Of a stretch of 55,416 nt of DNA, positions 41,869 through 51,092 are shown piece after piece. Location: contig JBNMLE010000002.1 of assembly GCA_050874705.1 (NCBI GenBank), forward strand, positions 1 through 55,416, written 5' to 3'. This stretch comes from Bacilli bacterium. GTDB lineage: Bacteria; Bacillota_I; Bacilli_A; RFN20; CAG-826. Position 1 is the first letter of the stretch. Each line of letters starts with the position of its first letter. The translations under genes and the position numbers were made by a program. The notes below the pieces were generated by a model. The model did not search any database. It was given only the letters and a program-made list of their open reading frames with translations, and was not told the origin of the DNA.

Positions 41869-44304
41869 ATGAAACATAAAGAAAGCAAACATGTAAAAAA
41901 TAATCCTTCTCCAATTGAATGTGATTTAACAAGAGGCTTAACTGACGAACAAGTTCAAAAAAGAAAAGATGAAGGATTTTCAAATAAAACATCAAAAAAG
42001 GTAACAAAATCATATTTCAAAATAGTTTTTGATAATGTATTTAACTTCTTTAATTTGCTTTTATTTGCCATCTTCATTTTTATGCTTACTGCAGGATTTG
42101 ATCCAAGGAATTATGCCTTTATATATCTGCTTATTATTAACATTTCAATCGGACTTTTCCAAGATATTAGAGCAAGAAGACAAAGCGATAAATTAAAATT
42201 AATTTCTAATCCAAAAGTCCGTGTAATTAGAAACGGAAAGATAATAGACATAGATAGCAATGAGCTCGTTTTAAGCGATGTTGTTATTTTGGAAAGCGGT
42301 AACCAAATCGTCGCGGATTCAATTGTTAAAGAAGGCAATATTGAAGTAAATGAAGCTTTAATTACCGGAGAATCCAAAAACATTTTGAAAAAACCAGGCG
42401 ATTTATTATATTCTGGTTCGTTTGTTACAAGTGGGCAAGCAAAAGTTGTTGTAGAAAGAGTTGGGAAAAATAATTACGCAGAATCTCTTGAAGAAAAAGC
42501 GAAAGGTTTCAAACGACCAAAATCTGAAATTTTAAATTCAATTAATGGTTTGTTTAGAATTATTGCAATTGTTGTTTTAACTTTAGGGACAGTGACAATT
42601 GTTACATATATAGTTAATAAAGCTTTTGAGAACAATTATTCAGAAACAGTATTATCCTTTTCAGGATCAATGGTTTCTATGATTCCTACAGGCATGTTTT
42701 TACTTACATCTCTTACCCTTGCTGTTGGCGTGATTAGACTTGCCAAAAAAAGAATGCTTGTTCAAGAATTATACTGCATTGAAACATTGGCTAGAGTTGA
42801 TACTTTATGTTTTGATAAAACGGGCACACTAACTGATGGTCAAATGGTTCTTAAAGACATTGTTACTTTTGGAAACAATAAAGTCGAGGATATTAAAAAT
42901 GTACTTTTAACATTAGTAACAACCACAAACGACAACAATGTTACCGCGAACGCGATAAAGTCCTCTTTATTAAATCAAAAACTTCTTGAAGCTAGTTCTT
43001 CTGTTCCATTTAATAGTAAGCGCAAATACTCTTCTGTTTCATTAAAAGATGGAAGAACATTCGTGTTAGGCGCTAAAGAATTCTTATTAAAAGACAATCA
43101 AAATATAGAAAGCGAAGCTAAAAAACATGAAGAAAATGGTGATAGAGTTCTTCTTTTATGTTCGTGCAAGCATAGCATAAAAATTGATGAAGAACTTCCT
43201 GCTCTTGAACCTGTTGCCCTTATTGTTTTAGAAGACCACATTAAAGAAGATGCTGTTTCAAACATTGAATGGTTTAAAAATAATGGAGTGAATATAAAAA
43301 TTATTTCAGGTGATAATCCACTAAGTGTTTCTTCTATTGCAAAAAAAGTCGGCGTAGAAAACGCTGATAAATATCTTTCAATGGAAAACATTGGGTTAGA
43401 TGAAATTGATGAACTTGTTGAACAATATACTGTTTTTGGAAGAGTATCTCCAGAACAAAAAGAAAGAATTGTGCTTGCGCTTCAAAAGAAAAAACATGTT
43501 GTTGGGATGACAGGAGATGGTGTAAATGATATTTTAGCGTTACATGCTGCGGATTGTTCAATTGCTATGGCAAGTGGAAGTGAAGCTGCAAGAGCTATTG
43601 CTCACTTAGTAACGCTTGATTCTAATTTCTCATCTCTTCCAAATGTCGTTGAAGAAGGAAGACGTGTCATTAACAATCTTCAAAGATCTTGTTCTATTTT
43701 CTTAATAAAAACATTCTTTGCAATGGTATTAACACTTGTGTTCTTGATTGGGTCATGGGTTGATAATTCTTTGAAATATCCATTTATAACTAACAATATG
43801 TATATTTGGGAGTTACTAACTATTGGCTTTGCTTCATTCTTCTTATCACTTCAACCTAATAACGAAAAAATCAAAAATACATTTATCGAAAATATTATTA
43901 GTAAATCTGTTCCTGGCGCTATTACGCAATTATTATTTGTATTTATTTTATTTGGAATTCATTTATTATTCCCATCATTTATTGATTATGAAACAGCAAG
44001 AACGATGGCGATAATTACTTTCACTGTTATTTCGTTCTATACACTGGTTATTATTTCGATTCCTTTTGATAAATATAGATTAATTCTTTCAATAGCTATT
44101 CTTTCATTAATTTGTATATTCTTTGTCATTGATTCATGCTTACTTTCAAATAGTTTCTTTGAAATAAATTATTCACTTATTACAGCAAATAATTGGTGGC
44201 TATTATTAGTTGTTTTATTAATTGCCTTACCAACATATTTTTTAATAGATTTTATAGCTAAAAAAATATTGAGAAAAAAAGGAGCACAAAATGAAAATAT
44301 CTAA
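41869..44304 (+). CDS. Cation-translocating P-type ATPase (P2-like, Ca2+/Mg2+ type; ion not determinable)
   Basis: About 811 aa with the phosphorylation motif CFDKTGTLT, the hinge motif TGDGVNDILAL, TGES in the actuator domain, and about 10 TM helices. Confidence 0.9.
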   Translation: MKHKESKHVKNNPSPIECDLTRGLTDEQVQKRKDEGFSNKTSKKVTKSYFKIVFDNVFNFFNLLLFAIFIFMLTAGFDPRNYAFIYLLIINISIGLFQDIRARRQSDKLKLISNPKVRVIRNGKIIDIDSNELVLSDVVILESGNQIVADSIVKEGNIEVNEALITGESKNILKKPGDLLYSGSFVTSGQAKVVVERVGKNNYAESLEEKAKGFKRPKSEILNSINGLFRIIAIVVLTLGTVTIVTYIVNKAFENNYSETVLSFSGSMVSMIPTGMFLLTSLTLAVGVIRLAKKRMLVQELYCIETLARVDTLCFDKTGTLTDGQMVLKDIVTFGNNKVEDIKNVLLTLVTTTNDNNVTANAIKSSLLNQKLLEASSSVPFNSKRKYSSVSLKDGRTFVLGAKEFLLKDNQNIESEAKKHEENGDRVLLLCSCKHSIKIDEELPALEPVALIVLEDHIKEDAVSNIEWFKNNGVNIKIISGDNPLSVSSIAKKVGVENADKYLSMENIGLDEIDELVEQYTVFGRVSPEQKERIVLALQKKKHVVGMTGDGVNDILALHAADCSIAMASGSEAARAIAHLVTLDSNFSSLPNVVEEGRRVINNLQRSCSIFLIKTFFAMVLTLVFLIGSWVDNSLKYPFITNNMYIWELLTIGFASFFLSLQPNNEKIKNTFIENIISKSVPGAITQLLFVFILFGIHLLFPSFIDYETARTMAIITFTVISFYTLVIISIPFDKYRLILSIAILSLICIFFVIDSCLLSNSFFEINYSLITANNWWLLLVVLLIALPTYFLIDFIAKKILRKKGAQNENI

Positions 44305-45190
44305 TGAAGTAATAAAAGCATTAAAAAACAATCAACCTGTTGTCGCTCTTGAATCGACAATTATTTCACACGGAATGCCTTATCCAAAAAATGTTGAAAC
44401 AGCACTTCTTGTTGAAAAAACAATACGTGACAATGGTGCAATTCCCGCTACAATCGGAATCATCGATGGTGAACCAATTATTGGAATGAGCCCAGATGAA
44501 ATTGAAGAATTTGGAAAAAGAAAAGGCATTCGCAAAGTATCTAGAAGAGATTTACCAATTGTTTATGCCAAAAAATTGTGGGGTGCAACAACTGTTGCTG
44601 CAACAATGATTCTTGCTCAACAAGCCGGTATTGAAATATTTGTTACAGGTGGTGTTGGTGGTGCTCACCGTGAAGCACAAAAAACATTTGATATTTCTTG
44701 CGATCTTGAAGAACTTGGAAGAACTAATGTAACTGTGGTTTCCGCTGGTGTTAAAGCAATATTAGATTTAAAACTAACTCTTGAAATACTTGAAACAAAA
44801 GGAGTTCCTGTCTTAAGTTATCAAACTGATGAATTTGCTGATTTTTATACCCGTAAATCAGGGATTAAAATGGAAAATGTAGTAAATTCGCCAAAAGAAA
44901 TCGCAGAAATTATATATCAAAAAAGAATAAATCATCTTGATGGTGGAATTCTTGTTGCAAATCCAATTCCTGAAGAATATGCAATGGATAGCGAAGCGAT
45001 AAATAACGCAATAGAGAAAGCCTTACAAATGGCCAAAGAAAATAATATTGAAGGTAAGGACGTTACCCCGTTCTTATTAAAAACAATTGTTGAACTTACT
45101 GGCGGTGATTCCCTTGAATCCAATATTAAACTTGTTTTGAACAACGCAAAGTTAGGATCTAGCATTGCTAAAGAATTAACAAAATTATGA
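44291..45190 (+). CDS. psuG: Pseudouridine-5'-phosphate glycosidase
   Basis: 299 aa with VVALESTIISHGMPYPKN and the rest of the IndA/PsuG family pattern. 14-nt overlap with the ATPase gene. Confidence 0.9.
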   Translation: MKISNEVIKALKNNQPVVALESTIISHGMPYPKNVETALLVEKTIRDNGAIPATIGIIDGEPIIGMSPDEIEEFGKRKGIRKVSRRDLPIVYAKKLWGATTVAATMILAQQAGIEIFVTGGVGGAHREAQKTFDISCDLEELGRTNVTVVSAGVKAILDLKLTLEILETKGVPVLSYQTDEFADFYTRKSGIKMENVVNSPKEIAEIIYQKRINHLDGGILVANPIPEEYAMDSEAINNAIEKALQMAKENNIEGKDVTPFLLKTIVELTGGDSLESNIKLVLNNAKLGSSIAKELTKL

Positions 45191-45732
45191 AAATTGAAGA
45201 AAAATATCGTCAAGGATTAAAGAAATTAATGAAAACAACACCTCTTGATGAAATCAATGTGGTGATGCTTTCAAATGCAATAAAATCTAATAGACAAACA
45301 TTTTATTATCATTATCGAGACCTATCTGATGTTATTGAATCAATCTTTTTGAAAGAAAGAATTGGTTATGGAACAAAAACATTAGATTTTGAAAACATAA
45401 TCAAGCCATTAATTGCATATATAAATTTAAATTTTAGCTTCTTATTTGCGGTTTCGAGTTCTTTTGCTGAAGGAAACTTATTGAATTTCATGTATTCATA
45501 TTTTAGCCAAAAAACAACTCAATATTTTAAAACAACTAAAAAAGAAGAATCTATTAATCAAAGTCAACTTACATGCGTTATTAGATATATATCATCTTTA
45601 TTCTCTAGTGAAATTGTTTTTTGGATATCTAGCAAAAGAAAAGAAAGACAAACTCATCTACAAAAAAGATTAACACTACTTTGGAATTATATTATTGATG
45701 TTTATCCAAAAGAAATGAAGGCATTAAAATGA
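45187..45732 (+). CDS. TetR/DhaS-like transcriptional regulator
   Basis: 181 aa. ...LDEINVVMLSNAIKSNRQTFYYHYRDLSDVIESIF resembles the DhaS-type TetR N-terminal region. Confidence 0.6.
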   Translation: MKIEEKYRQGLKKLMKTTPLDEINVVMLSNAIKSNRQTFYYHYRDLSDVIESIFLKERIGYGTKTLDFENIIKPLIAYINLNFSFLFAVSSSFAEGNLLNFMYSYFSQKTTQYFKTTKKEESINQSQLTCVIRYISSLFSSEIVFWISSKRKERQTHLQKRLTLLWNYIIDVYPKEMKALK

Positions 45733-46904
45733 TTAATTTTACATTTGTATCCCCAACAAAAATATATTTTGGGAAAAACCAAGAAAGTAACTTGGCTAAT
45801 ATTCTTTTAGAAAACAATTTTAAACGAATATTATTTGTATATGGTGGTGGTTCAATAAAGAAAATTGGGCTTTATGATAAGGTGATTGAACAAATAAAAA
45901 CCGCAAAAGGGGAATATTTTGAATTATCAGGCATAAGACCAAACCCAAATAATATCGATGTTAATAAAGGTATTGAAATCGCCAGAAACAATAATGTTGA
46001 TTTTGTATTAGCAGTTGGTGGTGGCTCAGTTATTGATACCGCAAAAGCAATAGCGGCAGGTTATTATTATCAAGGAGATGCTTTCGATTTTAATCTTCAT
46101 AAAGCTGTTCCTACAAAAGTTTTACCAATCGGTGTTATTTTAACGTTGTCCGCTAGTGGGAGCGAACTTTCTTCTACATCTGTCATTCAAAACGATGCAT
46201 TAGGCGTTAAAAGCGGATTTAGAAGCGATTTAATGCGTCCAATGTTTGCAATTATGAATCCAGAACTAACATTCTCTGTAAATAAATATCAAACTGCATG
46301 CGGTATAGTTGATATTATTTCGCATTCACTTGAAAGATATTTTTGTCCTAGCTTCGAATATGAATTTTCTGATGATATAGCATTAGCGATAATTAAAAAT
46401 ACAATAAAAAGTGGAAAAGGATGTCTTGAAAACCCAAACAATTATGATGCAAGAGCGCTTATGATGCTATGCGGATCTTATTCTCATAATGGACTTACAA
46501 GCCTTGGCAAGAAATATGTTATGAGCGTTCACGCAATGGAACATGCTTTAAGTGCATATAAACCGACAATTGCACACGGAGCAGGACTTGCAATTCTTAT
46601 TCCTGGATGGATGAATTATGTCTATAAATTAGATGTTGATAAATTTGCAAAATTTGGTGAAGAAATATTTAATCTTCACTTTGTTAATAAAGATGAAAGT
46701 GCTAGAATTGGAATACAATATTTAAGAGATTTCTTCAAAAATATTGGCATGCCTACATCGCTTAAAGAAGTGGGTATTAATAAAAAAGATATTCCTATTT
46801 TAGCAAATATGATTACTGAGAATAGCACACGTTTGATTGGCTATTCGTCAATCAAACCGCTTGGAAAAGATGACATCATAAAAATATTGTCATCTCTAAT
46901 TTAG
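45729..46904 (+). CDS. Iron-containing (group III) alcohol dehydrogenase
   Basis: 391 aa with GGGSVIDTAKAIA and His-rich metal-site segments (HSLERY, HAMEHAL..HGAGLA). Confidence 0.88.
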   Translation: MINFTFVSPTKIYFGKNQESNLANILLENNFKRILFVYGGGSIKKIGLYDKVIEQIKTAKGEYFELSGIRPNPNNIDVNKGIEIARNNNVDFVLAVGGGSVIDTAKAIAAGYYYQGDAFDFNLHKAVPTKVLPIGVILTLSASGSELSSTSVIQNDALGVKSGFRSDLMRPMFAIMNPELTFSVNKYQTACGIVDIISHSLERYFCPSFEYEFSDDIALAIIKNTIKSGKGCLENPNNYDARALMMLCGSYSHNGLTSLGKKYVMSVHAMEHALSAYKPTIAHGAGLAILIPGWMNYVYKLDVDKFAKFGEEIFNLHFVNKDESARIGIQYLRDFFKNIGMPTSLKEVGINKKDIPILANMITENSTRLIGYSSIKPLGKDDIIKILSSLI

Positions 46905-46915
46905 GAGGAAAATTT

Positions 46916-48052
46916 ATGAAAAAAGAAGATATTGCAAGCTTTATTGTTTATCTATTGATGATCGCTTTAGCCCTTGTTTTAGGCTTTACATTAATAAGAT
47001 CAACATTCTCAAGTATTCGTAGCTTGCCTATGAATTCGTTCTTGTTTGCGTTTTTAATTATCCTTGCAGGACTTGTAGTTAATGCATTTGGACTTGAAAT
47101 AGGCCATGTTTTAGGTGGACTTATTGGAGGTTATTCAATTGTTTCATTTAATGTGTTTGGTCTTTGTTTTTACAAAAAAGAAGGAAAAACAAAATTCGGA
47201 TTTAAATCATTCGATGGTTTAACTGGTGAAACTATCTTGGCTCCTAAAAGCGAAAAAGCCAATCCTAAAGCATATGTTTGGTTGCCTTTACTTATGTATT
47301 TAATTGAACTTATTGTTTGCATTGTTTTATATTCGGTGGGTATTGAGAAAGTAAATGAAAATGGTTCGCCATTACCAATGCTTGCTTTAATAAGTGTTAT
47401 CTTAATTGCTATTTCATCGATGATTGCTTTATATAATTTTGTTCCTGTCCGTCTTGATTCAATGACTGATGGATATCGCTTAACTCTCATTTCAAAAAAA
47501 GTAAATGTTGAAGCATATAACGAATTAATGCGTGTAGAAAATCTCCAAAGAGAAGGAAAAGAAGTTGATAATGTAAAAGTCTTTGAAGAAGTAACAGATT
47601 TTACTGCTTCTATGAACTTGATGACTGTTTATAATTATCTTTCAAAAAAAGAATATCAAGAAGCGATGAAACTCATTGATATGATGACTGTTGAACCAGA
47701 GAAAATTTCTCGCACAACATATAATCGTTTAATGGCTCAAAAACTTTATATTAAGATTTTGACTGAACCAATTGAAGAAGTACGTAAATATTACGACGAA
47801 CAAATTGATGATAAACTCCGTCGCTTTATTTCAAACGATGTTTCAATGGAATCCCTTAGAGCGTATGTTCTTATCGCTGGTGTTCTTGATGAATCAGTTG
47901 GAGAAGTAGAATACGCAAATACGAAAAAAGCAAAAGCGTTAAAACGCGCTCTTGCAAGTCGTGCAAAAATTGAAAATCAATTATATAACGATGCTCTTGA
48001 TAAAATATTTACATTGCATCCTGAATATAAAAAAGAAATAGAAACAAAATAA
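46916..48052 (+). CDS. M50/site-2-protease-like membrane protein with a degenerate metal motif and a C-terminal helical-repeat domain
   Basis: 378 aa. GLEIGHVLGGLIGGYSIVSFNVFG aligns with the M50 HExGH...G....fG motif, but the first His is Leu. NFVPVRLDSMTDGYRL resembles the N..P...LDG motif. The cytoplasmic C-terminal ~190 aa is alpha-helical. Confidence 0.45.
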   Translation: MKKEDIASFIVYLLMIALALVLGFTLIRSTFSSIRSLPMNSFLFAFLIILAGLVVNAFGLEIGHVLGGLIGGYSIVSFNVFGLCFYKKEGKTKFGFKSFDGLTGETILAPKSEKANPKAYVWLPLLMYLIELIVCIVLYSVGIEKVNENGSPLPMLALISVILIAISSMIALYNFVPVRLDSMTDGYRLTLISKKVNVEAYNELMRVENLQREGKEVDNVKVFEEVTDFTASMNLMTVYNYLSKKEYQEAMKLIDMMTVEPEKISRTTYNRLMAQKLYIKILTEPIEEVRKYYDEQIDDKLRRFISNDVSMESLRAYVLIAGVLDESVGEVEYANTKKAKALKRALASRAKIENQLYNDALDKIFTLHPEYKKEIETK

Positions 48053-48055
48053 CAA

Positions 48056-48087
48056 AAAACCTCTCATAGTGTGAAATGAGAGGTTTT
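48056..48087. terminator. Bidirectional terminator between convergent genes
   Basis: AAAACCTCTCAT-AGTGTGAA-ATGAGAGGTTTT. A 12-bp stem flanked by A-run/T-run sequence on both strands. Confidence 0.85.
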
Positions 48088-48102
48088 AATTATGTTATTA
48101 AA

Positions 48103-48429
48103 TTAATCTTTTTCTTCGTATCTAAAATTATCTTCAACCGGATAGTCTTCACTTATACCTTCTACAGGGTTTGGGCTGATTTGTCCAACACATTTGTGTT
48201 CATCAGCGTAGCACCCTTGAACATTAATTGAAGAATTATCATCAAGAAAATCTTGGACTGATAAATTAAATTGTTCGCACAAATACTTCACATTTTCTGG
48301 TTTTGGTATTGCTTGACCAAGTCGCCATTTTTTAATAATGTTTTTACGAATGCGATAAACTTTAGAAAACTTTCTTTCTGAAAGATCTAAATATTTTATT
48401 AAATAATCGATTTTTTCAATAACTGTCAT
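48103..48429 (-). CDS. XRE-type helix-turn-helix protein
   Basis: 108 aa. ...LSERKFSKVYRIRKNIIKKWRLGQAIPKPENVKYLCEQFNLSVQDFL is HTH_3-like. ATGA overlap with mscL. Confidence 0.6.
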   Translation of the reverse strand: MTVIEKIDYLIKYLDLSERKFSKVYRIRKNIIKKWRLGQAIPKPENVKYLCEQFNLSVQDFLDDNSSINVQGCYADEHKCVGQISPNPVEGISEDYPVEDNFRYEEKD

Positions 48430-49040
48430 TGTTGTTTAGTTTGTTGTTCTTTTAATAAGTCTCTAATTTGAGTGAGAAGTTCAGCTTCTGTTGGAGCAGG
48501 TTTACCAGGCACAACTGGTGCAGGTCTTTCTTCTGGATGTTTTTTGTAATATTCTTCAAGCAATTTAGCATCCATATCTGCTTTCTTTTGTTTTAATGTG
48601 TTTGTTACTTTGATGATTGTAAATAACACAATTGCAATAATTAGAAAGCTTATAACAGCATTAATTAATGTTCCCCAATCGATGACCGCTAAACCTTTAT
48701 AGACATACGTGCTTCCATATGTAACATACATGTCTTTGTATTTTGCATAATCTTCTAATGCAAGGAAATCATGTGCTGAATATGTGGCGCTCAATCCAAG
48801 TCCTTCATATCCTTTTTGACTATCATTAATAGCAGGAAGAATAGTAATTAAGCCGGTAATTCCACCAGGAACACCCCATGTACATACACTGATTAACATT
48901 TTTACAACAGCGTTTACAATTGCACTAAAGGCGCCGCCTATGACAACACCAACAGCGAGATCAAGAACGTTGCCGCGCGAGATAAAAGCTTTAAATTCGG
49001 CCCATAATTTAGCGCCTTTTTTGTTTTTGTTCTTTTTCAT
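48426..49040 (-). CDS. mscL: Large-conductance mechanosensitive channel MscL, with an enlarged extracytoplasmic loop
   Basis: EFKAFISRGNVLDLAVGVVIGGAFSAIVNAVV is the MscL TM1 signature. Start placed at the ATG at 49040, with GGAGGT 8 nt upstream. About 204 aa versus about 130-150 aa for typical MscL. Confidence 0.88.
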   Translation of the reverse strand: MKKNKNKKGAKLWAEFKAFISRGNVLDLAVGVVIGGAFSAIVNAVVKMLISVCTWGVPGGITGLITILPAINDSQKGYEGLGLSATYSAHDFLALEDYAKYKDMYVTYGSTYVYKGLAVIDWGTLINAVISFLIIAIVLFTIIKVTNTLKQKKADMDAKLLEEYYKKHPEERPAPVVPGKPAPTEAELLTQIRDLLKEQQTKQQ

Positions 49041-49167
49041 AGAAACCTCCGTTAAAATTGATTTTATCATTTTTAATAGACAATTAAATAATTATTTAAC
49101 TTTTTATAGATTATTTTTTAACTTATAATAAAGAAAGCTTAGGCTGAAAGGATTGTTATTTAATAAT

Positions 49168-50019
49168 ATGAATAAAGTAATTGTATTAGCGGACTCAACT
49201 GTCGATTTATCAAAAGAATTGCTTGAAAAATATGATATTAAAATTATTCCACTTAATGTAAATTTCGGAGAAGAAACTTATAAAGATTCAGTGGACATTA
49301 TGCCAGATGAGGTTTACGAGAAAGTTAAAAATGGAGCACCTCTTCCTTCAACAGCGGCAATTAGTCCAGCAGTTTTCAAAGAATTTTTAGAAAAATATAT
49401 AAACGATGGATATGATGTTGTTTATGTTGGAATTGGTTCTAAATTATCTACAACATATCAAAATTTCCAAATTGCTATTAATGAACTTCCAGAAGGAAGA
49501 TGCTATGCAGTTGATTCAAATTCGTTATCTTCAGGAAGCGGGTTACTTGCTCTTAAAATGGCTAAATTAAGAGATGAAGGAAAATCAGCAAAAGAAATCT
49601 ATGAAGAAGTTCAACCATTAGCCGCGAAATTATCGGCAAAATTTGTCCTTGATAGACTAGATTATATGCGCAAAGGTGGAAGATGTTCTGCAATTGTTGC
49701 TTTATTTGGTCATCTTCTTCACATCCATCCAATTCTAATAATGAAAGACGGAAAATTAATCGTTGAGAAAAAACCACGTGGTCCAATCAAAAAAGCATAT
49801 CAAGAAATGCTCGATGAACTTAAAAACGATCTTCCAAATATTGATTTTGATCATGTCATGATTACTCATGCTGGTGTTAATAAAGAAGATTTAGATTATT
49901 TATATAATGAAGTTGCTAAATTAGTTGATCCAAACATAATTTCCATTACAAGAGCGGGATGCGTTGTCTCATCTCACTGCGGTTTTGGAACAATCGGTAT
50001 TCTTTATATCAAAAAATAA
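49168..50019 (+). CDS. DegV-family fatty-acid-binding protein
   Basis: MNKVIVLADSTVDLSKELLEKYDIKIIPLNV is a typical DegV N-terminus. About 283 aa. Confidence 0.9.
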   Translation: MNKVIVLADSTVDLSKELLEKYDIKIIPLNVNFGEETYKDSVDIMPDEVYEKVKNGAPLPSTAAISPAVFKEFLEKYINDGYDVVYVGIGSKLSTTYQNFQIAINELPEGRCYAVDSNSLSSGSGLLALKMAKLRDEGKSAKEIYEEVQPLAAKLSAKFVLDRLDYMRKGGRCSAIVALFGHLLHIHPILIMKDGKLIVEKKPRGPIKKAYQEMLDELKNDLPNIDFDHVMITHAGVNKEDLDYLYNEVAKLVDPNIISITRAGCVVSSHCGFGTIGILYIKK

Positions 50020-50039
50020 ATTGATTCGAAAGTAAAAGA

Positions 50040-50064
50040 AGCGCATCTTAATGGTGCGCTTTTA
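50040..50064 (+). terminator. degV terminator
   Basis: AGCGCA-(9-nt loop)-TGCGCT followed by TTTAT. Confidence 0.6.
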
Positions 50065-50427
50065 TATTGCGCGCTCGTTCTAGATTTTTATCATATTAAA
50101 TCACGGCACCTATAAAAAATTGTTATTTAAAAATTTTAGAAAGCACTTTTTAAGGTGCACTTATGCTTTAATTTTTATTATTTTAACCGAATTAACAAAT
50201 GTTTTGATTACGTTGGAGATTGTGCGTCTTTAGCTGATGAATGTTGAAAAAATGTAGTTAATATAACCATTATTGAAGATATTTGTTCTTGTGCATGGAA
50301 AAACGACTTGGTATTTTGTTAAAAAGATAAAAGTTTGAAGTTGTGTAAATACCAGTTTGATATTGGATAAGTTTTAATAAAAAAATTACATTGGTAAAAC
50401 GATTGAAAATATAATAATTTTAATATT

Positions 50428-50898
50428 ATGAATAAAACTAACTACAGCTATAACTTAAATTATGAATTGTTCTTAGAAGATTATAAAAAAGACAGTGCAA
50501 ACAAAATTAAAATCGTGCAGAAATTAATTTCAACCTATGGATGGGAATTCATTTTATCTGAATGGACTAAATTTTTAAAAAACAATATAAAAAATAGGAA
50601 AGACGCTTATAATTTCACCGCCTGCTTATATATGTATGATTTTCGCAATTGTTGTGTAAAAAATCCTTACCCTTTTTTAGCGCTTCTATACAAAAAATTA
50701 GAATTAGATAAACTAACAAACGATAAATTGGACAAGCGTTTTGATTCACCTTCGGATCGTTTTATTGATTTATATTTTGATTGTCTTTATAGTTCAAAAA
50801 TTATTAGTCTTAACGAATACGATTTCACAGATCCAAAGAAACATATAAGGTTTTTAAAAGAATTAGGAAAATTAGAAACTATCAATACAACAAATTAG
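50428..50898 (+). CDS. Hypothetical protein (no recognisable family)
   Basis: 156-aa ORF rich in K/N/Y/F/L with a few Cys. No TM helix or signal peptide. No SD upstream, and a TATAAT at 50410-50415 lies only 12 nt before the ATG. Coding status rests on ORF length alone. Confidence 0.45.
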   Translation: MNKTNYSYNLNYELFLEDYKKDSANKIKIVQKLISTYGWEFILSEWTKFLKNNIKNRKDAYNFTACLYMYDFRNCCVKNPYPFLALLYKKLELDKLTNDKLDKRFDSPSDRFIDLYFDCLYSSKIISLNEYDFTDPKKHIRFLKELGKLETINTTN

Positions 50899-50951
50899 TT
50901 CATTGCGAATCACGCAAAAGAATCAACAGTTGTTAAATAAATTATTGAACT

Positions 50952-51009
50952 AAAAAATCACAACCATTGCAGTGGTTGTGATTAGAGATATGCTGAAGCA
51001 CATCTAGCC
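50952..51009 (-). ncRNA. Candidate small RNA (alternatively the mRNA of a 17-codon hydrophobic mini-ORF)
   Basis: On the minus strand: an extended -10 TGaTATAAT (51024-51016), a predicted TSS near 51009, hairpin AGATGTGC-TTCA-GCATATCT (51005-50986), then an 11-bp hairpin AATCACAACCA-CTGCAA-TGGTTGTGATT (50983-50956) and a T-run. Confidence 0.3.
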
Positions 51010-51069
51010 AAAATCATTATATCATAATTGTTCATAAAACGGAAAAACATAAGAATAGCACATTTTAAA

Positions 51070-51092
51070 AATTAAAAAGCAGCCGAAGCTGC
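51070..51092 (-). terminator. Terminator of the oxidoreductase-tldD-pmbA operon
   Basis: On the minus strand GCAGC-TTCG-GCTGC (UUCG tetraloop) followed by TTTTTAATTTTT, about 20 nt after the pmbA stop. Confidence 0.6.

Noticed and set aside
50065-50427. Long spacer considered as 6S RNA or another structured ncRNA
   Set aside because: I could find no long-range complementarity that would give the 6S rod-with-bubble shape. There are only scattered short AT-rich stems (for example GGTATTT...AAATACC). It is more likely decayed or non-coding DNA. A covariance-model scan would be needed to say more.
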